NCBI GenBank assembly: GCA_963675215.1
Contig: OY775914.1
Location: forward strand, 3,339,181-3,403,180
Length of the DNA: 64,000 nucleotides
From: Bacteroidales bacterium
Lineage (GTDB): Bacteria; Bacteroidota; Bacteroidia; Bacteroidales; GCA-2711565
Reading direction: 5' to 3'
The position numbers and the translations under genes were made by a program. The notes beneath the pieces were generated by a model, which worked only from the letters and a program-made list of their open reading frames with translations, was not told the origin of the DNA and searched no databases. This document shows positions 55,748-64,000 of the stretch, piece by piece; position 1 is the first letter of the stretch; every line of letters starts with the position of its first letter.

Positions 55748-55833
55748 ACCGAGGCTCATTCTTTTACTTCAAATTCGTTTGTTCGAGCAATCCATTTTCT
55801 TTATTTTTACATTTCACTTAAGTAATTCAATTT

Positions 55834-56595
55834 ATGTTACTACTTCTTTCTCCTGCTAAATCATTCGATTTTGATTCACCGGCGCAAACGCAATCATTCT
55901 CTGAACCTGTCTTTAATGAGGAGTCGACACGGTTGATCAAAAAGATGAGCACCTTCACTGCTAAAAAATTGGCTACACTTATGGGCATTAGTTCTGAATT
56001 AGCCGCATTGAATGTTGAACGATATCAATACTGGTCGTCAACCCCAAGTTTAAATAACGCAAAACAGGCCATACTTGCATTTAATGGAGAAGCTTATCGA
56101 GGTCTAAATACTGAAGAGATGAATGAGGCTGATTTAGAATTTGCTCAAAATCATTTACGAATTTTATCAGGCTTATACGGTGTACTTCGGCCCTTGGATT
56201 TAATTCAACCTCATCGCCTGGAGATGGGAACCAAGCTTAAATATTACAGCTACAACAACCTTTATCAATTCTGGGGCGATAAAATAACCAAGCGAATAAA
56301 CGATGATTTGGGAGAGAGCAATACCCTTATAAATTTAGCTTCCAACGAGTATCTCAAATCAGTGAAACAAAACAAACTCAAGGCTAAAATCATTACGCCA
56401 ATTTTTAAGGATTACACCAATAGTGGCTACAAAGTGCTGATGACCTATGCTAAAAATGCCCGAGGTGCAATGGCTAATTATATCATTAAAAATAAAATTA
56501 TTGAACCTGATTTAATTAAATCATTCAATAAAAATAGTTACGTTTACGACCCGTGTTTATCCGATGATTCGAACTGGGTTTTTACAAGAGGTTAA
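55834..56595 (+). CDS. yaaA: peroxide stress protein YaaA (UPF0246/DUF328)
   Basis: N-terminal 'LLLSPAKSFDF' hallmark; 253 aa. Confidence 0.85.
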   Translation: MLLLLSPAKSFDFDSPAQTQSFSEPVFNEESTRLIKKMSTFTAKKLATLMGISSELAALNVERYQYWSSTPSLNNAKQAILAFNGEAYRGLNTEEMNEADLEFAQNHLRILSGLYGVLRPLDLIQPHRLEMGTKLKYYSYNNLYQFWGDKITKRINDDLGESNTLINLASNEYLKSVKQNKLKAKIITPIFKDYTNSGYKVLMTYAKNARGAMANYIIKNKIIEPDLIKSFNKNSYVYDPCLSDDSNWVFTRG

Positions 56596-56608
56596 TAAAA
56601 CTCAAATC

Positions 56609-56965
56609 ATGATAAAAAAAATTAACTGGGCTGATGTTCCTGAAGAACAGGTAAATCCCAAAATGAAAAGGAAATTAGTTTATGGCGAAAAAGTGATGAT
56701 CGCTAAAATGAAATTTAAAGATGGTTTTTTGGTACCACTGCACAGCCACGAAAATGAGCAAATTACGGAGGTACAATCAGGTACCATCCGTTTTTGGTTT
56801 GGCGAAAACAAAGAACAGGAAATGGAAATTCATGCGGGTGAAATCATTGTGATTCCGCCACATCTGCCTCATGCAGCTTTAATGGTTGGTGATGTTGAAG
56901 AAACAGATACATGGGCACCTCCGCGTAAAGATTGGTTGGACGGTACAGATACTTATTTAAGATAA
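56609..56965 (+). CDS. cupin domain protein
   Basis: 'PLHSHENEQITEVQSG' and 'IPPHLPHAA' are cupin motifs 1 and 2. The ATG at 56609 is preferred to the overlapping upstream start. Confidence 0.75.
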   Translation: MIKKINWADVPEEQVNPKMKRKLVYGEKVMIAKMKFKDGFLVPLHSHENEQITEVQSGTIRFWFGENKEQEMEIHAGEIIVIPPHLPHAALMVGDVEETDTWAPPRKDWLDGTDTYLR

Positions 56966-56969
56966 AAAT

Positions 56970-57731
56970 ATGGATTTAGGAATCAAAAGCAAAAGAGCCT
57001 TAGTAATGGCTTCGAGCAAAGGCCTGGGCAAAAGTGTCGCATTGCAGCTTGCAACAGAAGGTGTTGAAGTGATGATTTGTGGAAGAAATGAAGCGAGCCT
57101 AATCGAAACTGCAAAGGAAATTACTGCACTTAGTAAAACTAAAATTCATTTTACCGTTGGCGACCTATCCTCTGCGGATGATCGCAAAAAAATATTAAAT
57201 GCCTGCAAAGATAAAATGGGCGCAATTGATATCTTAGTCACCAATTCGGGTGGTCCTCCATTTGGTGATTTTGAAAAGCATGAGGAAACCGACTGGGAGC
57301 AAGCTTACAAGTTGCTACTTGAAAGTGTTGTTGGGATGATAAAGGGTGTACTTCCTGAGATGAAAAAGAATAAATGGGGACGCATTGTTACCATTACTTC
57401 TCAGGCTGTGAAACAACCTGTTGATGGACTCATCTTATCAAACTCCATAAGGGCTTCGGTAGTTGGGCTTGTTAAAACCCTTTCTAACGAATTGGGTTCA
57501 TTCAATATTACGGTCAATAATGTAATGCCGGGTTATACCCAAACAGAAAGACTTGAAAACCTGATCAAAGCTAATCCCGATTTAATGAAAGTGACCAATG
57601 AAATTCCTTTGGGTCGCATTGGAAAACCCGAAGAATTTGCCAATGCCGTTACCTTTTTAGCAAGTGAAAGAGCTAGTTATATTACAGGAGTTTCATTGGC
57701 TGTTGATGGAGGATGGATTAAAGGCATTTGA
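56970..57731 (+). CDS. SDR-family oxidoreductase (3-oxoacyl-ACP reductase-like)
   Basis: 'ALVMASSKGLGKSVA' (TGxxxGxG variant), 'NSGG' and a 'SxxxxxxxxxxxYxxxK'-region equivalent. Confidence 0.8.
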   Translation: MDLGIKSKRALVMASSKGLGKSVALQLATEGVEVMICGRNEASLIETAKEITALSKTKIHFTVGDLSSADDRKKILNACKDKMGAIDILVTNSGGPPFGDFEKHEETDWEQAYKLLLESVVGMIKGVLPEMKKNKWGRIVTITSQAVKQPVDGLILSNSIRASVVGLVKTLSNELGSFNITVNNVMPGYTQTERLENLIKANPDLMKVTNEIPLGRIGKPEEFANAVTFLASERASYITGVSLAVDGGWIKGI

Positions 57732-57906
57732 TTACTATCATATCATATTAAAACAATTGAAAACAATAACAAATACCTACAGTTTTCAAATTCGCTAGTT
57801 AATTATAACTAAATCAACAAATCTTATTCAGATTTGAACTCATTAGCCACTGGAATCTCGTCTATAAATTGTTAAATTTGGATAAGTATTAACTAAATTT
57901 AATATT

Positions 57907-60900
57907 ATGTCTCGCATTATAAATTTTATTTTATGCAGTCTTTTTCTGATTGCTACAGTACCTATAATAGCCCAAGAAAACCCACTTTGGCTCAGATATC
58001 CGGCCATCTCACCAGATGGACAAACCATACTTTTCAATTATCAGGGAGATATTTTTAAAGTATCGGCAAAAGGTGGAACTGCGGTTCCTCTAACAATTAG
58101 CGACACTTATGAGTATAATGCCGTTTGGAGTCGTGATGGTAAACAAGTAGCCTTCGCATCCGATCGTTTTGGAAATTTTGATGTTTTTGTAATGCCAATT
58201 GAAGGTGGAGAAGCAAAAAGATTAACCTTTCATTCCAGTAATGAAGTCCCCAGTGCTTTTACGCCCGATAATCAAAATATAATATTCGACGGATTAAGAC
58301 AGGACCTGCATTCGAATGTTCAGTTTCCTACAGGAACTTTAACTGAACTCTATAGCGTGCCTGTTAACGGAGGAAGAGTTACACAAATCCTAACCTCACC
58401 AGCCCTTGATGCAACATTTAGCCCGGATGGGAAAAAACTAATTTTTCATGATCGAAAAGGCTATGAAAACATCTGGAGAAAACATCATAAATCATCAGTA
58501 ACCAGAGATGTATGGGCTTATGATTTGAAAGACAAAAAATACACCCAACTTTCAACTTTTGAAGGTGAAGATCGAAATCCTGTTTTCGACAGCAACAATA
58601 ATGATTTTTACTATTTAACAGAAGAAAGCGGAACTTTTAATGTTCACAAAAGTTCGTTAAGCAATCCAGCATCTAACACTGCGATTACCAATTTCAAGAA
58701 AAACCCCGTACGATTTTTAACCAAAGCTTCTGATAATACCCTCTGTTTTGGTTATGACGGAGAAATTTACACCATGACTTTAAATGGGCAAGCGCAAAAA
58801 GTTAATATTCAGATTGCCTATGATGGTCGCAGTACACTGGATAAAATTGTGCCTGTTAATTCAAACCTAAGAGATGCCAGTCTTTCGCCAAACGGAAAAG
58901 AATTTGCATACACTTTCAGGGGTGAAATATTCGTCAGTAGTATTGAAGCAGGAACTACAAAACGTATTACCAATACACCCTGGCAGGAACGAAGTGTAAG
59001 TTTTAGTCCTGATGGTAAATCATTGGTTTACGCAGCCGAGGTCGAAAACAGCTGGAATATTTATACAACTTCGATTGTCAGAGATGAGGAGCCCTATTTT
59101 TATATGTCTACCTTATTAAAACAAGAAACCATTATTGCAAGCCCCAGAGAAGAATTCCAGCCAGCCTATTCACCCGATGGTAAAGAAATTGCTTATTTGG
59201 AGGATCGAACCACTTTAAAAGTAATCAACCTGGCCAGCAAAAAAACCAGAACAATTATGGGGGCAGAACACAATTACTCCTATGCTGATGGAGATCAATG
59301 GTATCAATGGTCGCCCGACAGCAAGTGGTTCCTTGTCGAATTTGGTCAGCCTGAAGCCGTGATGAGCGGAGAAGTTGGATTGGTAGATGCAGCCGGAAGC
59401 GGAAAAATTATCAACCTTTCTCAAAGTGGTTACGGTGATGGTGCTCCTAAATGGGCCATGGATGGACAGATGATGATTTGGTATTCTACCCGTGAAGGAA
59501 CCAAATCGGAAAATGATCGAATCGCTTTTGGAGACGTTTATGGAATGTTTTTTACACAAGAAGGCTTCGACAGATTTAATTTATCAAAAGAAGAATTAGC
59601 CTTACTCGAAGAAATTGAGAAAAAGGACAAAAAGAATGAGAAGGATGATAAATCAAAAGATGACGAGAAAAAAGATGAAAAGAAAATTGAAGATCTTAAA
59701 ATTGATTGGGAAAACTTAAGAGACAGAAAACAGAAACTCACAGTAAACACGTCAAGTCTCGGAGATTATGTGCTTTCAAAAGATGGGGATAAACTATTCT
59801 ATTTTACCAGATTTGAAGGCCGGAATGATTTATGGGTAACTGACCTTCAAAGCAAAGAAGCCAAATTATTTACCAAAATAGGTGCAAATAGAACAAGCAT
59901 GGACCTTTCGAAAGATGGTAAGTTTTTATTGGTGATGGCTGATGGCAAACCAAGAAAAATAAATACTTCGGATGGGAAATCAAAATCGATCCAAACCAAA
60001 GGTGAAATGCTTCTGCAACAAGCGGATGAACGCGCATACATATTTGATCATAGCTGGCGACAAGTGCGCGAAAAGTTTTACGTAAAAGATTTGCAGGGTG
60101 TTGACTGGGATTATTATTATACACAATACAAAAAATTCTTACCTTTTATCAATAACGGTTATGACTTTGCAGAGATGCTTAGTGAAATGCTTGGTGAATT
60201 GAACGCTTCTCATACCGGTGGCAGTTATCGTTTCAGGGCGCAAAATGCCGACCAAACGGCCTCTTTAGGTTTATTATACGACTATGCACATACCGGCAAT
60301 GGCTTAAAAGTCGCTGAAGTTATCAAAGGCGGCCCACTCAACAAGGCTAAATCAAAAATTAAAGCAAACGATATTATCGAAAAGATAGATGGCATCGCCT
60401 TAACAACATCCATCGATTTTTATCAACTCCTGAATAGAAAAGCAGGTGATAATGTGCTGTTATCTATGTTTAACCCAAATACAAACAATCGTTGGGAAGA
60501 AGTTGTTAAACCCATTTCAACGGGTATGGAAAACCAACTACTTTATATAAGATGGGTTGAAACCCGAAGAGCTGAGGTTGAAAAATTATCGAAAGGGAAA
60601 TTGGGCTACGTGCATGTTCGTGGAATGAATGATGCAAGCATGAGAACTGTTTTCGAAGATGCACTCGGAAAACATTTATCAGCAGATGCACTCATTGTGG
60701 ATACCAGATTTAATGGCGGTGGAAACTTACACGATCAGCTTTCTGATTTCTTAACAGGGAAAAAATACATGGATATTATTCCTCACGGACAATATGTTGG
60801 ACATCAACCAGGAAATCGATGGATTAAGCCTTCTATTGTCATCATGGGAGAAAGTAATTATTCTGATGCCCACCTTTTCCCTGTGGCTTATAAAATTAAA

Positions 60901-61143
60901 GGAGGTGGAAAAACACTTGGTATGCCGGTACCCGGAACAGGTACTTTTGTTTGGTGGGAAAATCAAATTGACCCAACCATTACTTTCGGAATTCCGATGG
61001 GAGGATGGAGACCAATAGGTGAGCCATTCCTTGAGAATCATCAGATGGAACCAGACATCATGGTTCGGAATGAAGCAGGAATAATGGCCATTGGGCGTGA
61101 CCAACAAATTGAAGAAGCAGTTAAAGAATTATTGAAAAAATAA
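57907..61143 (+). CDS. tricorn protease homologue, second paralogue (PD40 + PDZ + S41)
   Basis: Signal peptide; 'SPDG(Q/K)' blades; C-terminal 'DTRFNGGGNLHDQL'. Same architecture as 34772..38056. Confidence 0.85.
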   Translation: MSRIINFILCSLFLIATVPIIAQENPLWLRYPAISPDGQTILFNYQGDIFKVSAKGGTAVPLTISDTYEYNAVWSRDGKQVAFASDRFGNFDVFVMPIEGGEAKRLTFHSSNEVPSAFTPDNQNIIFDGLRQDLHSNVQFPTGTLTELYSVPVNGGRVTQILTSPALDATFSPDGKKLIFHDRKGYENIWRKHHKSSVTRDVWAYDLKDKKYTQLSTFEGEDRNPVFDSNNNDFYYLTEESGTFNVHKSSLSNPASNTAITNFKKNPVRFLTKASDNTLCFGYDGEIYTMTLNGQAQKVNIQIAYDGRSTLDKIVPVNSNLRDASLSPNGKEFAYTFRGEIFVSSIEAGTTKRITNTPWQERSVSFSPDGKSLVYAAEVENSWNIYTTSIVRDEEPYFYMSTLLKQETIIASPREEFQPAYSPDGKEIAYLEDRTTLKVINLASKKTRTIMGAEHNYSYADGDQWYQWSPDSKWFLVEFGQPEAVMSGEVGLVDAAGSGKIINLSQSGYGDGAPKWAMDGQMMIWYSTREGTKSENDRIAFGDVYGMFFTQEGFDRFNLSKEELALLEEIEKKDKKNEKDDKSKDDEKKDEKKIEDLKIDWENLRDRKQKLTVNTSSLGDYVLSKDGDKLFYFTRFEGRNDLWVTDLQSKEAKLFTKIGANRTSMDLSKDGKFLLVMADGKPRKINTSDGKSKSIQTKGEMLLQQADERAYIFDHSWRQVREKFYVKDLQGVDWDYYYTQYKKFLPFINNGYDFAEMLSEMLGELNASHTGGSYRFRAQNADQTASLGLLYDYAHTGNGLKVAEVIKGGPLNKAKSKIKANDIIEKIDGIALTTSIDFYQLLNRKAGDNVLLSMFNPNTNNRWEEVVKPISTGMENQLLYIRWVETRRAEVEKLSKGKLGYVHVRGMNDASMRTVFEDALGKHLSADALIVDTRFNGGGNLHDQLSDFLTGKKYMDIIPHGQYVGHQPGNRWIKPSIVIMGESNYSDAHLFPVAYKIKGGGKTLGMPVPGTGTFVWWENQIDPTITFGIPMGGWRPIGEPFLENHQMEPDIMVRNEAGIMAIGRDQQIEEAVKELLKK

Positions 61144-61175
61144 TATATTAAAACACGATTATTGAGTTAGTAAGA

Positions 61176-61226
61176 AAAAGAATGCACCCAAAGCAATGAA
61201 TGTTCAAGCTGGGTGCATTCTTTTTA
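61176..61226 (+). terminator. rho-independent terminator
   Basis: aaaaagaatgcaccca / tgggtgcattcttttt long stem with a T-run. Confidence 0.8.
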
Positions 61227-61259
61227 TATTTGTGTCTTTATTCATTTCAATTTTTAATT

Positions 61260-62174
61260 TTGATTAAGCAGCCCCGAAACAAACAACAAACATTAGGTTA
61301 TCTGTTTGCCCTTCTGGCTACCGCATTCTGGTCGGGTAATTTTATCGTCGCCCGAGACTTATCAGGAAGTATTCCTCCTGTAAGCATCGCATTTTGGCGC
61401 TGGACCGTGGCCCTGATTGCAATAACTCCTTTTGCAATCCGATCATTAATCAGAGATTGGCAAATTGTCAAAAAGAATATTCCATATTTATTCATTACCT
61501 CCATTCTGGGAATTACGATTTTCAATACATTAATCTATATTGCCGGACATTCAACAACGGCTACAAACCTTTCATTAATAGCCATTACCTTTCCTGTTTT
61601 TATACTTATTTTATCACGGATCTTTTACCAAGAAAAAATATCGCTTAAAAAAGTAATTGGCATTTGCATCGTAGCAACAGGAGTGGTTCTGATCATTACC
61701 AAGGGATCTTTAGAATTGCTTTTAAATCTTACTTTCTCAATTGGGGATATCTGGATGTTGCTGGCCTCAATTATTTTTGCAACCTACAGTATCTTACTTA
61801 AACGCAGACCCAGTGAATTAAGCATTTGGGCATTCCAAATTTCTACTTTCTTTATCGGACTTGTGAGCTTGTTTCCGTTTTATATCATGGAATATATAAA
61901 TGCTCCGGCATTTAGTTTTGATACAAAGTCATTTATCTCTATTTTGTATATCGGTGTCTTTTCATCACTTACCTCATTCGTATTATGGAATAATGCCATC
62001 GTAAAAATTGGCCCCACAAAAGCCGGATTGATATATTATACTTTGCCTGTTTTTAGTGGACTTTTGGCATTTTTATTGCTGAAAGAGGAAATTGGAATTA
62101 TCCATTTTTTAAGTGCACTAATGATTATTACCGGAATACTCATCGCAAATTATGAAAGCCGGAAAAAGCTATAA
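61260..62174 (+). CDS. EamA/DMT-family transporter
   Basis: 10 TM with duplicated EamA halves. The ORF-track ATG at 61200 lies in the terminator loop, so a TTG at 61260 (or nearby) is more plausible. Confidence 0.75.
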   Translation: MIKQPRNKQQTLGYLFALLATAFWSGNFIVARDLSGSIPPVSIAFWRWTVALIAITPFAIRSLIRDWQIVKKNIPYLFITSILGITIFNTLIYIAGHSTTATNLSLIAITFPVFILILSRIFYQEKISLKKVIGICIVATGVVLIITKGSLELLLNLTFSIGDIWMLLASIIFATYSILLKRRPSELSIWAFQISTFFIGLVSLFPFYIMEYINAPAFSFDTKSFISILYIGVFSSLTSFVLWNNAIVKIGPTKAGLIYYTLPVFSGLLAFLLLKEEIGIIHFLSALMIITGILIANYESRKKL

Positions 62175-62181
62175 ATTAATT

Positions 62182-62694
62182 TTACTTGAGTAAAAATTCA
62201 GGATTCAGCAAATCAACCGGCTTATCATCTTTAAACCAATTGCCCCCCAAATAATCATCATGTTCAATAATCGGATTTGTTTTCCAACATTCAAGATGCA
62301 GCATCGCATTTTTACCGTCCTTTAATTTTTGCACGTAAACCGGATCACGCTCAGTTACCTTACTCCCATCCAATACTTGACCAACAAGTGCAACAACATT
62401 GCCTGCCTTCACCTCATCACCAACTTTAACTTTTGGATATGCAACTTCTCCATACTTAATAAAAAAACCATCTGCTTCAATAACAATCTGATAGGTGATA
62501 TTCCAGTAATGGATAAAATCGGGATGGGTCATTACTTCAATGGCGATAACTTTCCCATCGGTTATGGCATAAATTTCATCGTCTTTTTCAGCGTACAAAT
62601 CAATTCCACAATGGTGACGATCTCCCCGATCTTCCCAAAAAGAACCCTGTCCGGAGACAGGGATTTCTGTTATGTTTTTTAAAGGCTTGTACAT
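62182..62694 (-). CDS. M23-like (LytM-fold) peptidase domain protein
   Basis: 'HHCGIDLYA' (HxxxD), 'GDEVKAGNVVALVG' and 'MLHLE' in place of the HxH motif. Confidence 0.65.
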   Translation of the reverse strand: MYKPLKNITEIPVSGQGSFWEDRGDRHHCGIDLYAEKDDEIYAITDGKVIAIEVMTHPDFIHYWNITYQIVIEADGFFIKYGEVAYPKVKVGDEVKAGNVVALVGQVLDGSKVTERDPVYVQKLKDGKNAMLHLECWKTNPIIEHDDYLGGNWFKDDKPVDLLNPEFLLK

Positions 62695-62699
62695 TAATT

Positions 62700-64000
62700 T
62701 TATTCAATGATCGTGTTAAATAATAATTTAAACGTTCCATCCATTTGATTTCGGTGCTGCACTCTAAAACCTATTAATACAACCTTTCCCTTTCCATAGG
62801 TTGTAACTATCATTCCCGGCTTTTTAGCAATATAATCTTCCCCAATAAGCCAACCACTCTTCAATAAATCTTTATCCTCATAACGTGCAATGGTTTTATA
62901 ATCGGCGTTGGTTCTACTTGGTACAACTTCAAAAGCAGGACTGTAATTAAACATAACCAAACCTTCATCAGGCATTCCATAAGCCAGTGGATCAGTGTTA
63001 TCAAACTTAACTTTCACGGTTGAGCCCGGGCAGAAAAATTCCTTTGACGCTATACCTGAAGTTATGTCTCTTACTTTCAAATCAAATTCATCAACCACAT
63101 ACTCATAGGAAGAACCAAGCGCTACCAGTGTGCCGCCATTTTTAACAAATTCTTTAAGCATTTTGCCACCGTCTTTTCCAACTCCACTCTCATACTTTTC
63201 AGGATATTTTTCCGGAGTTCTGCGCCCGCCTTTGGGATAAATTCCTGTAATTCCTGAAGGTGAATCATTAGGAATCACGATCACATCCCACTTCTTATTT
63301 AAATCTCCCTTTCTCACTTCGGTGCTCATTAAAGTCTTGTAAGGAATGGCAAAATTCTCAAAACATAAACGGGTCCATCCTTCATCCATATTACCACCGT
63401 TATATCGCTGAAACAATCCAACCCGTCCTCGTTTAACCTGATGATTGACAACCAAAGGTTTTTCATTTAAAGGCATAAAGTTAATCCCGGTTTCGTCAGC
63501 GATATTTTTCAAAACATTTTCATTGGCTTTGTCAATGATAAAATCTCCCGGACGATTACTATTAAATTTCTCGTCCAGGCGTTTTACTTTTACCCCTTTA
63601 TCAATCAATAAACTAACAGCTTTAAAAGCATTGTTTTGTCGACCATCTAAAAGATATCCATTGCTCCCTTCAATTACTTCTGATTCAATTTTCTCAGGGA
63701 AATTTACGGTTGCAAAATCACCTTCAATATGTACTGATTTATTATCTACTTCAACACCCATAAATTCAGCCATGGTATGTGTGGCCAGATCATAAGGACG
63801 AATAGGTGATCCATCAGCTGAACGTGTCCATGAATTATCAGCGTAGTGTGTTTCCATCAGTAAATTCTTAAGTAATCCCATTTTAGGCTGGGCAAGAGAT
63901 ATTACATAAGAACCCTTTTTGTAACTCATGGATCCTACCTTAAAATCAGCCTTTGCTTTTTTAATTTCAATGCCTGATTGTAAGAGGATATTTATCATTT
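62700..64000 (-). CDS. C-terminal part of a larger protein that continues beyond the window end (partial); possibly the accessory domains of an M14-type peptidase
   Basis: Open frame to the window edge (432+ aa). The family assignment is a weak impression only. Confidence 0.6.
   Translation of the reverse strand, partial: MINILLQSGIEIKKAKADFKVGSMSYKKGSYVISLAQPKMGLLKNLLMETHYADNSWTRSADGSPIRPYDLATHTMAEFMGVEVDNKSVHIEGDFATVNFPEKIESEVIEGSNGYLLDGRQNNAFKAVSLLIDKGVKVKRLDEKFNSNRPGDFIIDKANENVLKNIADETGINFMPLNEKPLVVNHQVKRGRVGLFQRYNGGNMDEGWTRLCFENFAIPYKTLMSTEVRKGDLNKKWDVIVIPNDSPSGITGIYPKGGRRTPEKYPEKYESGVGKDGGKMLKEFVKNGGTLVALGSSYEYVVDEFDLKVRDITSGIASKEFFCPGSTVKVKFDNTDPLAYGMPDEGLVMFNYSPAFEVVPSRTNADYKTIARYEDKDLLKSGWLIGEDYIAKKPGMIVTTYGKGKVVLIGFRVQHRNQMDGTFKLLFNTIIE

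Noticed and set aside
61200-61259. ORF-track ATG start of the EamA transporter
   Set aside because: The ATG lies in the loop of the upstream gene's terminator hairpin. The first 20 codons encode the hairpin and T-tract, so a downstream start is more plausible.

Overview
AT-rich chromosomal segment that looks like Bacteroidota: a CarboxypepD_reg-type TonB-dependent receptor, beta-propeller/Y_Y_Y and TPR sensor kinases, many lipoprotein-type signal peptides, and a TAnnTTTG-like -7 box. About 58 protein-coding genes are supported, mostly on the + strand. They include an arsR-arsM-copA metal(loid) module beside an MFS exporter, a LytTR and a NarL/LuxR two-component pair, two large orphan sensor kinases and two paralogous tricorn-like PD40/PDZ/S41 proteases. 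Also present are CorA, an acyl-CoA ligase, a secreted VanX-type dipeptidase, a cold-shock protein, a PurF-like protein lacking the Cys nucleophile, a 1085-aa BNR/sortilin-type protein, YaaA, a cupin, an SDR and an EamA transporter. I saw no rRNA, tRNA, CRISPR array, transposase or integrase. The most unusual content is non-coding. (i) Six intergenic loci, five of them directly after a stop codon, carry tracts with strict 7-nt periodicity, always pyrimidine/T-rich on the + strand. (ii) A conserved intergenic core of roughly 170-190 bp occurs twice (about 6.2 kb and 50.7 kb), each time after a heptad tract and in front of a run of accessory genes. (iii) A family of imperfect-dyad elements starts YTAACA...ATGGC; the full-length copies end CCAT...GTTA(A/G)C. 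They sit just after stop codons of same-strand accessory ORFs, which resembles integron attC sites and gene cassettes without an integrase (CALIN-like), at 6.4-9.4 kb and 50.9-55.7 kb. A third accessory block (39.3-45.7 kb) joins a NarL-type two-component system to five orphan proteins, two of which share a conserved upstream box of about 60 nt. All calls come from motif recognition by eye; no database search, folding or alignment software was available.
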